This document shows, piece by piece, positions 1 to 10,621 of a stretch of 64,000 nt of DNA. This DNA comes from Gemmatimonadales bacterium (GTDB taxonomy: Bacteria > Gemmatimonadota > Gemmatimonadetes > Gemmatimonadales > GWC2-71-9), in NCBI GenBank assembly GCA_035712285.1, contig DASTBA010000101.1, positions 3,686-67,685 of the forward strand, in the 5' to 3' direction. The notes below the pieces were generated by a model. The model was not told the origin of the DNA. It saw only the letters and a list, made by a program, of their open reading frames with translations, and did not search any database. The position numbers were made by a program, and so were the translations under genes. The stretch's first letter is position 1. Every line of letters begins with the position of its first letter.

Positions 1-1160
1 ACGGCGACCCGGCGTCCGCCCTCACGCTGATCGGCGTCACCGGCACCAACGGCAAGACCACGACCGTCGGTCTCATCCGCCATCTCCTCGATGCGGAGCA
101 GCAGGCGGGCAGCATCGGGACGCTGGGTGCATTCGATGGAACGGGTGAATCGGTGCCGTCCACGGCAGGCTCGCTCACGACGCCCGGTCCCGTGGACCTG
201 CAGGCGACGCTCGCCGCCCTCCGGGACCGCGGCTGCCGGGTCGTGGCGATGGAAACCTCCAGCCACTCGCTGGACCAGGGCCGCCTCGACGGGCTCACGT
301 TCAGGGCAGGGGTGTTCACCAATCTCACCCGCGATCACCTCGACTACCACCGCACGATGGAGTCGTATCTCGCCGCCAAGCTCCGGCTGCTGGGCCTGCT
401 CGGGCAGGACGGGATTGCCGTCGTGAATGCCGATGACCCGGCCTGGAAGGTCATCCCGGCCGGCGCGAACAAGCTCACCTTCGGCGTCGCGCCGGCGGCG
501 GATGTCCGGGCCGAGGGGCTCGCGCTCGACGCGCGGGGCAGCCGCTTTCGTCTCGCGAGTCCGTCCGGTTCGGCCGACATCGCGCTGCCGCTGCTTGGCG
601 ATTTCAACTTGTCCAACGCGCTCGCCGCCGGCGCCGCCGGGCTCGCGCTGGGTCTCACGGTCGAGACGGTGGCATCACGCCTCTCGGCGGCACCCCAGGT
701 GCCGGGGCGGATGGAACGGATCGCCGACGCGCCGTGCGTGGTGCTCCGGGACTATGCCCATACGCCGGATGCGCTTGAGCGCGCACTGGCAACCCTCCGG
801 CCGCTCACTGCCGGCCGGCTCATCGTGGTCTTCGGCTGTGGCGGGGACCGCGACCGGGGCAAGCGGCCGATCATGGGCCGGATCGCTGCCGAGCGGGCCG
901 ACCTGCCGATCGTGAGCAGCGACAACCCGCGCACCGAGGATCCGGAGCGGATCATCGACGACGTCGAGGCCGGCATGGGCTCCGGCCCGCGCATCCGGCT
1001 GGCGGACCGGCGTGCCGCCATCCGGCGCGCGCTCGAGGAGGCCGCACCGGGCGACACGGTCCTGCTGGCCGGCAAGGGCCACGAGACCTATCAGGTGGTC
1101 GGGACCGAGAAGCTGCCGTTCGACGAACGCAGCATCGTGCGGGAGTTCTTCGGCGCATGA
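1..1160 (+). CDS. murE: UDP-MurNAc-L-Ala-D-Glu--2,6-diaminopimelate ligase (MurE); 5' end lies outside the window
   Basis: Frame 3 is open from base 3. GVTGTNGKTTT P-loop at 33-65, Mur-ligase middle and C-terminal regions, and a DNPR motif (SSDNPRTEDP) typical of meso-DAP-adding enzymes. Sits first in the murE-murF-mraY-murD order. Confidence 0.93.
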   Translation, partial: GDPASALTLIGVTGTNGKTTTVGLIRHLLDAEQQAGSIGTLGAFDGTGESVPSTAGSLTTPGPVDLQATLAALRDRGCRVVAMETSSHSLDQGRLDGLTFRAGVFTNLTRDHLDYHRTMESYLAAKLRLLGLLGQDGIAVVNADDPAWKVIPAGANKLTFGVAPAADVRAEGLALDARGSRFRLASPSGSADIALPLLGDFNLSNALAAGAAGLALGLTVETVASRLSAAPQVPGRMERIADAPCVVLRDYAHTPDALERALATLRPLTAGRLIVVFGCGGDRDRGKRPIMGRIAAERADLPIVSSDNPRTEDPERIIDDVEAGMGSGPRIRLADRRAAIRRALEEAAPGDTVLLAGKGHETYQVVGTEKLPFDERSIVREFFGA

Positions 1161-2515
1161 CCATGTGGACCGCGACCTTCGTGCAGCAGGCCCTCGGGCT
1201 AGCTGAACAGCCGCGGACCAGTTTGTTCACGGCCATCTCCACCGATACCCGGTCCCTCGGGCCGGGCGCGCTGTTCGTCGCGCTGGTGGGCGAGCACCAC
1301 GATGGCCACGCGCATCTCGCAGGGGCCCGGGATCGTGGCGCCGCTGCGGCGGTGGTGCGGCGATCCACGCCGGATGTGCCGGGGCTGGAGCTCCTCCGGG
1401 TGGAGGACACGCTGCATGCCTACGGAGATCTTGCCCACGCCCGCCGGAAGGAAGTCGGCGGCCCGGTGGTGGCGGTCACGGGGACCAACGGAAAGACCAG
1501 CACCAAGGAAATGCTCGCCGCGGTGCTCCGGACCCGCTTCCGCACTCATGCGACGCGGCTCAACCTCAACAACCTGGTCGGCGTCCCGCTGACGATTCTC
1601 GAATCACCGGCAGATACCGAGGCGCTGGTGGTGGAAGCGGGGGCCAACCTGCCGGGGGAGATTCCCCGCTACCGGGAGATCATCGAACCCTCGATCGCGG
1701 TGATCACCAATGTGGCGGAGGGACACCTCGAGGGATTCGGCTCGCTCGAAGGCGTGATGCAGGAGAAGCTGGCGCTGGTGCGGGACGTTCCGCTCGCCGT
1801 GGTGGGCACCGAGCCGGCCGCGCTCGCGGAGCAGGCCCGCCACCTCGCGCGGCGGGTGGTGACGGCCGGCCTGCAGGCGGCGGAGCGCAAGGCGCGCGAC
1901 ATCCGGATCGACGAGCTCGGGCGCGCCTCGTTCACCGCCGACGATCGCCGGATCTCCCTCCCGCTGCCGGGCCGGCACCTCGCGGCCAACGCCATGCTCG
2001 CATGGGCCGTGGCCGAGGAACTTGGCCTGGATCTGGACGCCTGTGCCGAGGCACTCGGGCGACTCGCCCTTCCGGGCGGCCGGAGCGAGCTGCTCCAGCT
2101 CGGGGCGTTGACGGTGCTCAACGACTGCTACAACGCGAACCCCCAGTCGTTCGCCTCGGCGATCGCCACTGCGCGCGCGATGCGCGAAGGCCGCCGGCTG
2201 GTGTTCGTGGCCGGCACCATGCGGGAACTCGGCACCGAGTCGGGCCGGCTGCACGCCCAGGTCGCCGAGCAGCTGGCGCTCCTGAAGCCGGACCTGCTGG
2301 CGGTGGTGGGCGACTTTGTCCCGGCCATCGCGCCATGGCAGGATGCGCTCGGGAGCCGGCTGGTGAGTGCCCCCGGTCCGCTCCAGATGGGGCCGCTCCT
2401 CGCGAAGCGGCTGGCTGGCGATGAACTGGTGGTGCTCAAGGCGTCCCGCGGCGTGGCACTGGAGCGTATTATTCCGTTTCTCGCGGCCCCACCCGCACCA
2501 TCCGCCGAGGCCTGA
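1157..2515 (+). CDS. murF: UDP-MurNAc-tripeptide--D-Ala-D-Ala ligase (MurF)
   Basis: 452 aa with a VTGTNGKTSTKEM P-loop and Mur-ligase architecture. ATGA overlap with the murE stop; dcw synteny. Confidence 0.92.
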   Translation: MTMWTATFVQQALGLAEQPRTSLFTAISTDTRSLGPGALFVALVGEHHDGHAHLAGARDRGAAAAVVRRSTPDVPGLELLRVEDTLHAYGDLAHARRKEVGGPVVAVTGTNGKTSTKEMLAAVLRTRFRTHATRLNLNNLVGVPLTILESPADTEALVVEAGANLPGEIPRYREIIEPSIAVITNVAEGHLEGFGSLEGVMQEKLALVRDVPLAVVGTEPAALAEQARHLARRVVTAGLQAAERKARDIRIDELGRASFTADDRRISLPLPGRHLAANAMLAWAVAEELGLDLDACAEALGRLALPGGRSELLQLGALTVLNDCYNANPQSFASAIATARAMREGRRLVFVAGTMRELGTESGRLHAQVAEQLALLKPDLLAVVGDFVPAIAPWQDALGSRLVSAPGPLQMGPLLAKRLAGDELVVLKASRGVALERIIPFLAAPPAPSAEA

Positions 2516-3642
2516 TGTTCTACTACCTGCTCGCCCCGCTCGGCAAGACGCACATCCTGTTCAACCTTTTCAACTACATCAGCTTTCGCGCTGCCGGTGC
2601 GGTGGTGACGGCGCTGCTGATCGCGTTCGTGATCGGACCGGCCATCATCCGGCGCCTCCGCGAGCGGCGGGTGGGGCAGGTGATCCGCGCCGAAGGGCCG
2701 GCCAGCCACCAGAGCAAGCGCGGGACGCCCACCATGGGCGGACTCATCATCCTGCTCGCCACGGTGATTCCCACCCTGCTCTGGGCGCAGCTGGACAATC
2801 GCTTCGTGCTGGTGGCGCTCCTGGCCCTGCTCTGGATGGGCGCGATCGGCTTCCTCGACGACTATCTCAAGATCGTGCAGGGAAAGTCCCGCGGGCTGGT
2901 GGCACGGTGGAAGCTGGCCGGCCAGGTCGGGTTCGGAATCCTGCTTGGCCTCCTGCTGCTCTACAAGCCGGTGGTAGACCCATCGGTGCTGCCGGCGTCG
3001 GCCACGACGCTGCCGTTCTTCAAGTACCTGATCGTGAACTTCGCGCCGCTGATCTACGTGCTGTTCGTCACCACGGTCATCGCCGGCAGCAGCAACGCGG
3101 TGAACCTGACCGACGGCCTCGACGGCCTGGCCACCGGGCTCGCCGCGATCGCGGCCCTGGCCTTCGCCGTGTTCGCCTACATCCTGGCCCGCACCGACCT
3201 CACGAGCTACCTGTTCCTCTATCACCTGGCCGGCGCCGGCGAGCTGGCCATCTTCTGTGCCGCGCTCATGGGCGGCTGTCTCGGCTTTCTCTGGTTCAAT
3301 GCGCACCCGGCGCAGGTGTTCATGGGCGACACCGGCAGCCTGGCCATCGGCGGGGCGCTGGGCACCGTGGCCATCCTGCTCAAGGCGGAGTTCCTGCTGC
3401 TCATCATCGGCGGGGTCTTCGCCGTGGAAGCCATCTCGGTGATCATGCAGACGTCGGTGTACAAGTGGCACAAGCGCCGGCGCGGGAAGGAATACGCGGA
3501 CGCCCACCGGGTCTTCCGGATGGCGCCGCTGCATCATCATTTCGAGAAGCTCGGCTGGGCGGAGACCACCGTCGTCACCCGCTTCTACATCCTGGGTGTG
3601 CTCTGCGCCCTCGTGGCCTTCGCCACCCTCAAGGTGCGCTGA
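2515..3642 (+). CDS. mraY: phospho-MurNAc-pentapeptide translocase (MraY)
   Basis: 375 aa polytopic membrane protein with NAVNLTDGLDGLA and MGDTGSLAIGGALG motifs. 1-nt overlap with the murF stop. Confidence 0.95.
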   Translation: MFYYLLAPLGKTHILFNLFNYISFRAAGAVVTALLIAFVIGPAIIRRLRERRVGQVIRAEGPASHQSKRGTPTMGGLIILLATVIPTLLWAQLDNRFVLVALLALLWMGAIGFLDDYLKIVQGKSRGLVARWKLAGQVGFGILLGLLLLYKPVVDPSVLPASATTLPFFKYLIVNFAPLIYVLFVTTVIAGSSNAVNLTDGLDGLATGLAAIAALAFAVFAYILARTDLTSYLFLYHLAGAGELAIFCAALMGGCLGFLWFNAHPAQVFMGDTGSLAIGGALGTVAILLKAEFLLLIIGGVFAVEAISVIMQTSVYKWHKRRRGKEYADAHRVFRMAPLHHHFEKLGWAETTVVTRFYILGVLCALVAFATLKVR

Positions 3643-4991
3643 TGCTGGGCCAATGGAAGGAGCCGGGCCGGGAAGTGGCGGTCGTGGGGCTGGGCAAGAG
3701 CGGGCTCGCGGCGGGGCTCCTGCTCCGTGAACACGGCGTGGCCGTGTATGCCAGCGACAGCGGTTCGTCGGAGCGGCACCTGGCCTGGGCCACGGCCCTC
3801 GAACATGCGGGGGCGGCCGTCGATCTCGGGCATCATGACCTGGCGCGGATCGCGCGGGCGGTGGCGGTCGTGGTGGCGCCCGGCGTGCCGCCGGATGTCC
3901 CACCGCTCCAGGAGGCTCGCGCGCACGGCGTGCCGGTCTACGCCGAGGCGGACCTGGGGCTCACGGAACTGCCGGATACGACCTACGTCGCCGTCACCGG
4001 GACCAATGGCAAGACGACGACGACGGCCCTTGTCGGCCAACTCCTGGCGGCGGCGGGCTATCGGGTGGAGACGGCGGGCAACATCGGGACGGCGGTGTGC
4101 GAAGTGGCCCGCGAACCGGATCCTCCCGGCTGGCTGGCGCTGGAGCTCTCGAGCTTCCAGCTGCATGACATGCCGCACGTCGCGCCGACGGTGGGGATCC
4201 TTACCAACCTCTCGCCCAATCACCTGGACCGGTATGCCTCGCTGGCGGAGTACTACGGCGACAAGGCCCGCCTGTTCCGCAACGCCACGACGCAGTCGAT
4301 ATGGGTCGTGAACCGCGACGATGCCGCGGCGCTGGACATGGTTCGCGGCGTGGCCGGCCGGCATCTCACGTTCTCGGTGCGGCAGCGGGCCGACGGCTGG
4401 TTCGACCGCGACCGGCAGGCGCTCATGCTGGGCGACACGGCGCTGTTGCGCCGGGCCGATCTTCCATTACTGGGCGACCACAACGTGGCCAATGCCCTCG
4501 CCGCCGCGCTGGCGGCACGGGCGGTCGGCGCCGATCCGGAGGCCATCGCGGCGGGGCTGAAATCCTTCCGGGCCATTCCGCACCGGATGGAGCCGGTGCG
4601 CGAGGTCGGCGGTGTGCTCTGGATCAACGACTCGAAATCCACGAACATCGCGTCCACCGAGGTCGCGGTTGCGGCGCTCACCCGGCCCTTTGTCCTCCTG
4701 CTCGGCGGCCGCCACAAGGGGGAGCCGTACACCGGCCTCGGGACGGCGCTCGAGGGGCACTGTCGCCTGGTCATTGCCTACGGCGAGGCCGGGCCGCTCA
4801 TCGAGCGGGACCTGGCCGGCGCGGTGCCGGTAGAGCGGGGCACGACCTTCGAGGATGTCCTCGCGCGGGCCGCGCGGGCCGCAAAGCCCGGTGATGCGGT
4901 GCTGCTCTCCCCTGCCTGCTCGAGCTACGACATGTTCCGCAACTATGAAGAGCGGGGCGAAACCTTCCGCGCCTGGGTGAACCACCGGTGA
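3642..4991 (+). CDS. murD: UDP-MurNAc-L-alanine--D-glutamate ligase (MurD)
   Basis: Starts at ATG 3642, overlapping the mraY TGA. N-terminal Rossmann-like VVGLGKSGLAAG and a VTGTNGKTTTTAL P-loop. The ORF-track entry 2367-4991 is an in-frame upstream extension running through mraY. Confidence 0.92.
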   Translation: MLGQWKEPGREVAVVGLGKSGLAAGLLLREHGVAVYASDSGSSERHLAWATALEHAGAAVDLGHHDLARIARAVAVVVAPGVPPDVPPLQEARAHGVPVYAEADLGLTELPDTTYVAVTGTNGKTTTTALVGQLLAAAGYRVETAGNIGTAVCEVAREPDPPGWLALELSSFQLHDMPHVAPTVGILTNLSPNHLDRYASLAEYYGDKARLFRNATTQSIWVVNRDDAAALDMVRGVAGRHLTFSVRQRADGWFDRDRQALMLGDTALLRRADLPLLGDHNVANALAAALAARAVGADPEAIAAGLKSFRAIPHRMEPVREVGGVLWINDSKSTNIASTEVAVAALTRPFVLLLGGRHKGEPYTGLGTALEGHCRLVIAYGEAGPLIERDLAGAVPVERGTTFEDVLARAARAAKPGDAVLLSPACSSYDMFRNYEERGETFRAWVNHR

Positions 4992-6163
4992 CGGCACCCG
5001 TCATCCGCCACCCCGGCGAGCTGCGCTGGGAGACCCGGCTGCTCACGGTCGTCGTCGCCACTCTCGTGGTCTTCGGCATCGTGGCGGTCTATGGCGCGTC
5101 CAGCCTCGTCCAGCTGCATGGCGGGCGGGTGGTGGAGTACAAGTACGCCCTGGTGCAGGTATCGGGCGCGGCCATCGGGGGCGCGCTCCTCATCGTCTTC
5201 TCCCGCATCGATTACGACTTCTGGCGGCGGATGGCGTGGCCCATGCTGCTGGTGACGCTCGTGCTGCTGGCCATCCCCATCCTGCCGGGCATGGGCGCCA
5301 TCGCGCCGAGCAAGAACGGGGCGCAGCGCTGGATCCAGCTTGGGCCGCTCAGCTTCCAGCCATCCGAGATCGCCCGGCTGGTGGTGGTGATCTGGTGCGC
5401 CATGCTGGTGACGAAGAAGGGCGAGCAGCTGCGCGAGTTCAAGAAGGGCATCCTGCCGTTCGTGCTGGTCCTCGGCCTGGTGTTCGGCCTCGTGCTGCTG
5501 GAACCCAACCTCTCGATGGCGACCCTCATCACCCTGCTGGGCGGTATCGTGCTCTTCGCGGCCGGCGCGCGCGTCGGGCATTTCGTGCTGCTGCTGGTGG
5601 CCGGGGTGCTGCTGGCCTACGACCGGATCCAGGCCGCACCCTACCGGCTGGCCCGCCTGCAGACCTATCTGCACGGCGGCGGCGGGGCCGATGCCGGATT
5701 CCAGATCACCCAATCCATCATCGGATTCGGCTCGGGCCGGCTCTTCGGTGTCGGGCTCGGGCACGGCTCGCAGAAGATGGGGTACCTGCCGTATGCCTAC
5801 TCCGATTTTCTCTTCAGTCACATCGGCGAGGAGTGGGGCTTCCTGGGCATCGCCGTGGTGATCGGGCTGTACGCCACATTCTGCTGGCTGGGTTTCCGGA
5901 TCGCGCGCACCGCGTCGGATGCCTTCGGCCAGTTCCTGGCCGTGGGGCTCACCGCCACCGTGGGGGTCACCGCCTTCATGCACATGGCGGTGACGCTCGG
6001 CATGATGCCGACCACCGGCCTCACCCTGCCGTTCATGTCGTACGGACGGACGAGCCAGGTCATCGCGCTCGCCAGCGTTGGGATCCTGATCAACATCGGT
6101 CGGCAGCGGGGCAGACCTCGCGTGCCGCGCGCGGCCAGGTCCGAGCGGCGTCCCGACGCATGA
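4988..6163 (+). CDS. ftsW: SEDS-family peptidoglycan polymerase FtsW
   Basis: 391 aa, about 10 TM helices, FtsW/RodA motifs (SDFLFSHIGEEWGF; TGLTLPFMSYG). GTGA overlap with murD; dcw position. Confidence 0.9.
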   Translation: MTAPVIRHPGELRWETRLLTVVVATLVVFGIVAVYGASSLVQLHGGRVVEYKYALVQVSGAAIGGALLIVFSRIDYDFWRRMAWPMLLVTLVLLAIPILPGMGAIAPSKNGAQRWIQLGPLSFQPSEIARLVVVIWCAMLVTKKGEQLREFKKGILPFVLVLGLVFGLVLLEPNLSMATLITLLGGIVLFAAGARVGHFVLLLVAGVLLAYDRIQAAPYRLARLQTYLHGGGGADAGFQITQSIIGFGSGRLFGVGLGHGSQKMGYLPYAYSDFLFSHIGEEWGFLGIAVVIGLYATFCWLGFRIARTASDAFGQFLAVGLTATVGVTAFMHMAVTLGMMPTTGLTLPFMSYGRTSQVIALASVGILINIGRQRGRPRVPRAARSERRPDA

Positions 6164-7299
6164 CCCGCCGGCCGGTAGTCCTGATTGCCGGGGGTGGAAC
6201 CGGCGGCCATCTCATGCCGGCGCTGGCGCTCGCGAATGCCCTCCGGGTTCTGCACCCGGAATGGGAACCGGTGATGGTCGGCGCCACGCGTGGTGTGGAA
6301 GCCCGGGTACTGCCCACCAAGGATTTCCGTTTCGAGTTGCTGCCGGCCGAGCCGCTCTACCGGCGTACCTGGTGGCGCAACGCCCGCTGGCCCGTCGTGG
6401 CATGGCGCCTGTTCCGCTCGGTGCGCTCGCTGATGGACCGTGAGCGTCCGGTGGCGGTGCTCGGCACCGGCGGCTACGCCTCGGCGCCGGTGGTCTGGTG
6501 GGCTGCCCGTCAAGGCATTCCGGCCGCGATCCAGGAACAGAATGCCTTTCCCGGCCTTGCCACCCGCCTGCTCGCGCGGCGGGTCCGGCACGTCTATCTG
6601 GGAGTGCCGGAAGCCCGGGCCCGGCTGGACACCGGACGTGCCCAGGTGTTCGACACGGGAAACCCCATCAATCCGCCCGATCCGGCACGCCGAACCGAGG
6701 CGCTTCGCCGGCTTGGGCTCGATGCCGGGCGGCCGGTGCTCCTGGTGACGGGAGGCAGCCAGGGCTCGCTGGCGATCAATCGCGCCGTGGCGCGCTGGCT
6801 GGACGCGAGGCCGCCGGAGGCTCACGACTGGCAGGTACTGTGGGTGACCGGTCGCGGCACATTCGGCGAGTTCTCGGGCCGGGACAACCCACCGGCGATC
6901 CGGGTTGTGGACTTCCTGGATCCGATGGCCGATGCCTACGCGGTGGCCGACCTCGTCGTGTCGCGCGCGGGGATGATGACGGTGGCCGAGCTCTGTGCCT
7001 GGGGTCTGCCCGGCATCCTGATTCCGCTGCCGACGTCGGCGGCGGATCACCAGACCCACAATGCCCGGGTGCTGGCCGAGGCGGGAGCTGGGCGGCTCCT
7101 GCCCCAGTCGGCCCTGGAGCGGGGCGGGCTGGGCACCGCGCTCGCCGGCCTCATGGAGAATGCGCCCGAACGGCGCCAGATGGCCGATCAGGCCCGCCAG
7201 CGGGGCCGGCCCGATGCCGCTCGGCAGATCGTGTCACATTTCTCGACACTCATCCGGCCCGCCGAGTCTTTCCCAAATAGCGGCCGGATTTTAGATTAG
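6160..7299 (+). CDS. murG: UDP-GlcNAc:lipid I N-acetylglucosaminyltransferase (MurG)
   Basis: ATG 6160 overlaps the ftsW stop. N-terminal GGGTGGHLMPALALA and a GT28 C-terminal domain (HQTHNA). Confidence 0.92.
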   Translation: MTRRPVVLIAGGGTGGHLMPALALANALRVLHPEWEPVMVGATRGVEARVLPTKDFRFELLPAEPLYRRTWWRNARWPVVAWRLFRSVRSLMDRERPVAVLGTGGYASAPVVWWAARQGIPAAIQEQNAFPGLATRLLARRVRHVYLGVPEARARLDTGRAQVFDTGNPINPPDPARRTEALRRLGLDAGRPVLLVTGGSQGSLAINRAVARWLDARPPEAHDWQVLWVTGRGTFGEFSGRDNPPAIRVVDFLDPMADAYAVADLVVSRAGMMTVAELCAWGLPGILIPLPTSAADHQTHNARVLAEAGAGRLLPQSALERGGLGTALAGLMENAPERRQMADQARQRGRPDAARQIVSHFSTLIRPAESFPNSGRILD

Positions 7300-7309
7300 C
7301 CGCACTACG

Positions 7310-8683
7310 ATGGACCTGTTCAACCCCGCCGACCGGCGTCCGGTTCACTTCATGGGGGTCGGTGGCGCGGGCATGAGCGCACTGGCCGTGCTGGCGTGTC
7401 GGCGCGGCGTGGTGGTTTCGGGGTGCGACACCGATCTGGCCGGAGCACAGGACGTGATCGCCGCCGGCGCGGACGTCCGTCAGGGCCACGATCCCTCCCA
7501 TGTCATTGGCGCGCGCGCCGTCATCGTGACGGCGGCCGTTTCCGCAGCACATCCGGAACTGGAGGCGGCCCGCGCGGCGGGGATTCCCGTCGTGCCGCGA
7601 AAGGAAGCGCTAGGCCAGCTGGTCCGGGGGCGGTCCGTGGTGGCCCTTGCCGGCACGCATGGCAAGACGACCACGACCGTGATGACCACCCTGGCGCTCG
7701 AGGCGGCGGGGCTGGCCCCGACCGGGCTCGCTGGCGGGCGCGTGGCGGCATGGGGTGGCAACGCCCGGCTGGGCGGTGACGCGCTCTATGTGGTCGAGGC
7801 CGACGAGTACGACCAGGCGTTCCTGACGCTGTATCCTGACGTCGCGGTCGTGAACAACGTCGAGCCCGATCACCTCGAGTGTTACGGCTCGGTGGAACAG
7901 CTGGAAGCGGCCTTCGTGGAGTTTGCCGGCCGCGCCCGGGTGGCCATCATGGCGGCCGACGATGGGGGAGCCCGGCGGGTGTCGGCCCGGGTGGGCACCA
8001 CGGTATGGCGGTTCGGCACGGCGGAGGATGCGGATCTCCGCATCGGACGCGTGGAGCAGGATGCACAAGGGTCGCGAGCCGATGTAACTTTGCCGGACGG
8101 GAAGCGCGTGGTACTGTCGCTGCGCGTCCCGGGCATGCACAACATTCGCAATGCGACCGGTGCCTTGGGGGCCGTGGTCGCGCTGGGCGGTTCCGTGGAG
8201 CGCGCGCTCGAGGCGCTCGCGGCGTTCAGTGGAGTGGGCCGGCGGTTCGACCGGCTCGGTGAGGCGGGCGGAGTCATCGTCGTGGACGACTACGCCCACC
8301 ATCCTTCCGAACTCGCCGCCACTCTGGCGGCGGCACGGCAGGCGTACCCGGAGCGTCGGCTGGTGGCAGTTTTTCAGCCGCATCTATATTCGCGCACCAG
8401 GGAGCACGGCGTGGCCATGGGCGAGGCGCTGGCGGCCGCCGATCTCGCGATCGTGACGGACGTCTACGGCGCCCGCGAGGCGCCGGTGCCGGGTGTGACC
8501 GGTGCCATCGTGGCGGATGCCGCGGCCCGGTCGGGCGCACAGGTGATATACGAGCCTGACCGGGCCCGGCTCACCGCCGCAGTAGGCGAACGTCTCCGCT
8601 CCGGTGACCTGGTGCTGACGCTCGGCGCGGGGGATGTCACCCGGGTCGGGCCGGAGCTGCTGGCCCGGCGCACGGAACCGTGA
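7310..8683 (+). CDS. murC: UDP-N-acetylmuramate--L-alanine ligase (MurC)
   Basis: 457 aa with HFMGVGGAGMSALA at the N-terminus and an AGTHGKTTTT P-loop. Confidence 0.93.
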   Translation: MDLFNPADRRPVHFMGVGGAGMSALAVLACRRGVVVSGCDTDLAGAQDVIAAGADVRQGHDPSHVIGARAVIVTAAVSAAHPELEAARAAGIPVVPRKEALGQLVRGRSVVALAGTHGKTTTTVMTTLALEAAGLAPTGLAGGRVAAWGGNARLGGDALYVVEADEYDQAFLTLYPDVAVVNNVEPDHLECYGSVEQLEAAFVEFAGRARVAIMAADDGGARRVSARVGTTVWRFGTAEDADLRIGRVEQDAQGSRADVTLPDGKRVVLSLRVPGMHNIRNATGALGAVVALGGSVERALEALAAFSGVGRRFDRLGEAGGVIVVDDYAHHPSELAATLAAARQAYPERRLVAVFQPHLYSRTREHGVAMGEALAAADLAIVTDVYGAREAPVPGVTGAIVADAAARSGAQVIYEPDRARLTAAVGERLRSGDLVLTLGAGDVTRVGPELLARRTEP

Positions 8684-9354
8684 AGCGCCGGTGGGTCTGG
8701 CTGGGTGCGGCCGCAGCCGTCGCGGCCGCCTGGTTCGGCGGACCGCCGCTGTTGCGCAAGGCGGAGTTCTTCCGCGTCCGCCGGGTCGAGTTCGTGGGGC
8801 TCCGGTATCAGGCCGCTGATTCGGCGCTGAAGGCGCTGAAGCTGCCGAGGCGGCTGAGTGTGTTCGACGATCTCGACGCCATCCGGGCCCGGGCCCGCCG
8901 GATTCCCGGGATCAGGTCGGCCGAGGTCGGCCGGCGGTTGCCGGGGACGCTGGTGGTGCGGGTCGAGGAACGAGCCCCGGTTGCGCTGGTCACGACCCAC
9001 CAGGGTCTCCGCCTGATGGATGCGTCGGGCGCCCTGCTGCCGTTTGATCCGGTGCGCTCTGCGCCGGACCTGCCGGTGGCGGATACCGCAACGGCGGCCA
9101 TCGGACAGTTGCTGTCGGCGATCCGCCGCGTGCAGCCGGGTCTCTTCCGGCGGATCGCCGTGGCCGGGATGGCAGGGCGGGATGTGGCGGTGACAGCCGA
9201 TGGACACCGGTACCTCTTTCGGCGGGATGCCTCGAACCAGGAGATGCGCGCGGTGATGCTTGTGGCGGCGGACCTGACCCGGAAGGGGCGCACGTTCGGC
9301 GAGCTGGACGGACGCTTCACCGGCTACGTGGTGGTCCGGGGCGCCGGCGCATGA
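8680..9354 (+). CDS. ftsQ: cell division protein FtsQ (POTRA domain)
   Basis: 224 aa with one N-terminal TM helix followed by POTRA-like FRVRRVEFVGLRY. Lies between murC and ftsA; GTGA overlap with murC. Confidence 0.8.
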   Translation: MKRRWVWLGAAAAVAAAWFGGPPLLRKAEFFRVRRVEFVGLRYQAADSALKALKLPRRLSVFDDLDAIRARARRIPGIRSAEVGRRLPGTLVVRVEERAPVALVTTHQGLRLMDASGALLPFDPVRSAPDLPVADTATAAIGQLLSAIRRVQPGLFRRIAVAGMAGRDVAVTADGHRYLFRRDASNQEMRAVMLVAADLTRKGRTFGELDGRFTGYVVVRGAGA

Positions 9355-10601
9355 GCGTGCAACCGGACCGCCTGGTCGCGGCACTGGATATCGGTTCCAC
9401 CAAGGTGGTCGGGCTGGTCGCGGAAGTCGGAGGCGACGCCCGGGCGCCGGTGGTCAAGATCCTGGGGGTCGGCACGGAGCGCAGCGGCGGGGTCCGGCGT
9501 GGTGTGGTGCGGGACATCGAGGAAACCACGCGGGCCGTGTCCCGGGCGATGCGGGACGCCCAGCGCATGGCGGGGCTCGAGGTCGGCGCGCTCTATTGCG
9601 GCATCGCCGGGGAGCATGTGGCGGGGCGCAGCTCGCACGGGATGGTCAGCGTGACCGGGGACGAGATCCGCACCGGTGATGTCGCGCGGGTCAACGACAT
9701 GGCCAGCAACGTCTCCTTCGGCCGCGACCATGAGCTGCTCCACGCCATTCCCCAGGACTACCTGATCGACCAGCAGGCCGGCATCACCGATCCGATCGGC
9801 ATGACCGGCTCGCGGCTGGAGGCGGAGGTCTACCTCGTCACCGTCCTGTCCAGCGCGATGCAGAACCTCCGGAAGTGCGTGGAGCGGGCGGGACACCAGG
9901 TGGCGGAGTTCGTGCTGGAGCCGCTGGCGGCGTCGCTGGCGGTGCTGACGCCGGACGAACGGGAGCTGGGCTGCGCCATCGTGGAACTGGGCGGCGGCTC
10001 CACCAACGTGGCGGTGTTCCAGGGCGGCAAGATCCGGCACACCGCCTCGCTGCTCTGTGCCGGGGGCCATGTGACCGGCGACATCGTGCATGGGCTGCAG
10101 GTGACGCAGCAGGATGCGGAGCGCCTGAAGGAACGCTTCGGCGCGGTGTACGAGCCGCTGGTGCCGGAGACCGACCTCTTCGACCTGCCGAGCACGCCGG
10201 GCCAGGGGGCGCGGAACGCGCATCGCCGCGTGCTTGCGCACATCATGCACATGCGGATGCAGGAAGTGCTGGAATACGCGCTGGACGAGATCACCCGGGC
10301 CGGCTTTCACCAGCGGCTGCCTGCCGGCGTCGTGCTCACGGGGGGCGGCGCCCAGGCCCCGGGGATCGTGGAACTCGCCCGGGAAGTCTTCGCCATGCCG
10401 GCGCGCGCCGGCGTGCCGGGGCAGCACCTGCGCGGGCTGGCGGACAGCGTCGAGTCGCCGGTCTTCGCGGTGCCGGTCGGGCTTGCCCTCTACGGGGCGC
10501 GGCAATCGCTGGCCAGCGGGTTCGGCACCGGCGGGCGGCGTGCGCTCGGTGTGGACCGCTATCTCGCTCCTGTCAAACGGTGGTTGCAGGATTTCTTCTG
10601 A
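9351..10601 (+). CDS. ftsA: cell division protein FtsA
   Basis: 416 aa actin-like ATPase (LDIGSTKV; [12 protein letters not shown]) directly upstream of ftsZ. Confidence 0.93.
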   Translation: MSVQPDRLVAALDIGSTKVVGLVAEVGGDARAPVVKILGVGTERSGGVRRGVVRDIEETTRAVSRAMRDAQRMAGLEVGALYCGIAGEHVAGRSSHGMVSVTGDEIRTGDVARVNDMASNVSFGRDHELLHAIPQDYLIDQQAGITDPIGMTGSRLEAEVYLVTVLSSAMQNLRKCVERAGHQVAEFVLEPLAASLAVLTPDERELGCAIVELGGGSTNVAVFQGGKIRHTASLLCAGGHVTGDIVHGLQVTQQDAERLKERFGAVYEPLVPETDLFDLPSTPGQGARNAHRRVLAHIMHMRMQEVLEYALDEITRAGFHQRLPAGVVLTGGGAQAPGIVELAREVFAMPARAGVPGQHLRGLADSVESPVFAVPVGLALYGARQSLASGFGTGGRRALGVDRYLAPVKRWLQDFF

Positions 10602-10621
10602 CCGTGCCGGAAGGGGACGCC

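Noticed and set aside
2367-3641. Long N-terminal extensions of ORF-track entries, including 2367-4991, 5236-7299, 9875-11827, 15794-18031, 26332-28329, 30723-33440, 44716-45855, 45015-46118, 46019-47905 and 48104-49711
   Set aside because: The extensions run through the preceding, well-supported gene in another frame and are Arg/Pro/Gly-rich. Conserved N-termini begin at internal ATG or GTG codons that abut or overlap the upstream stop codon.
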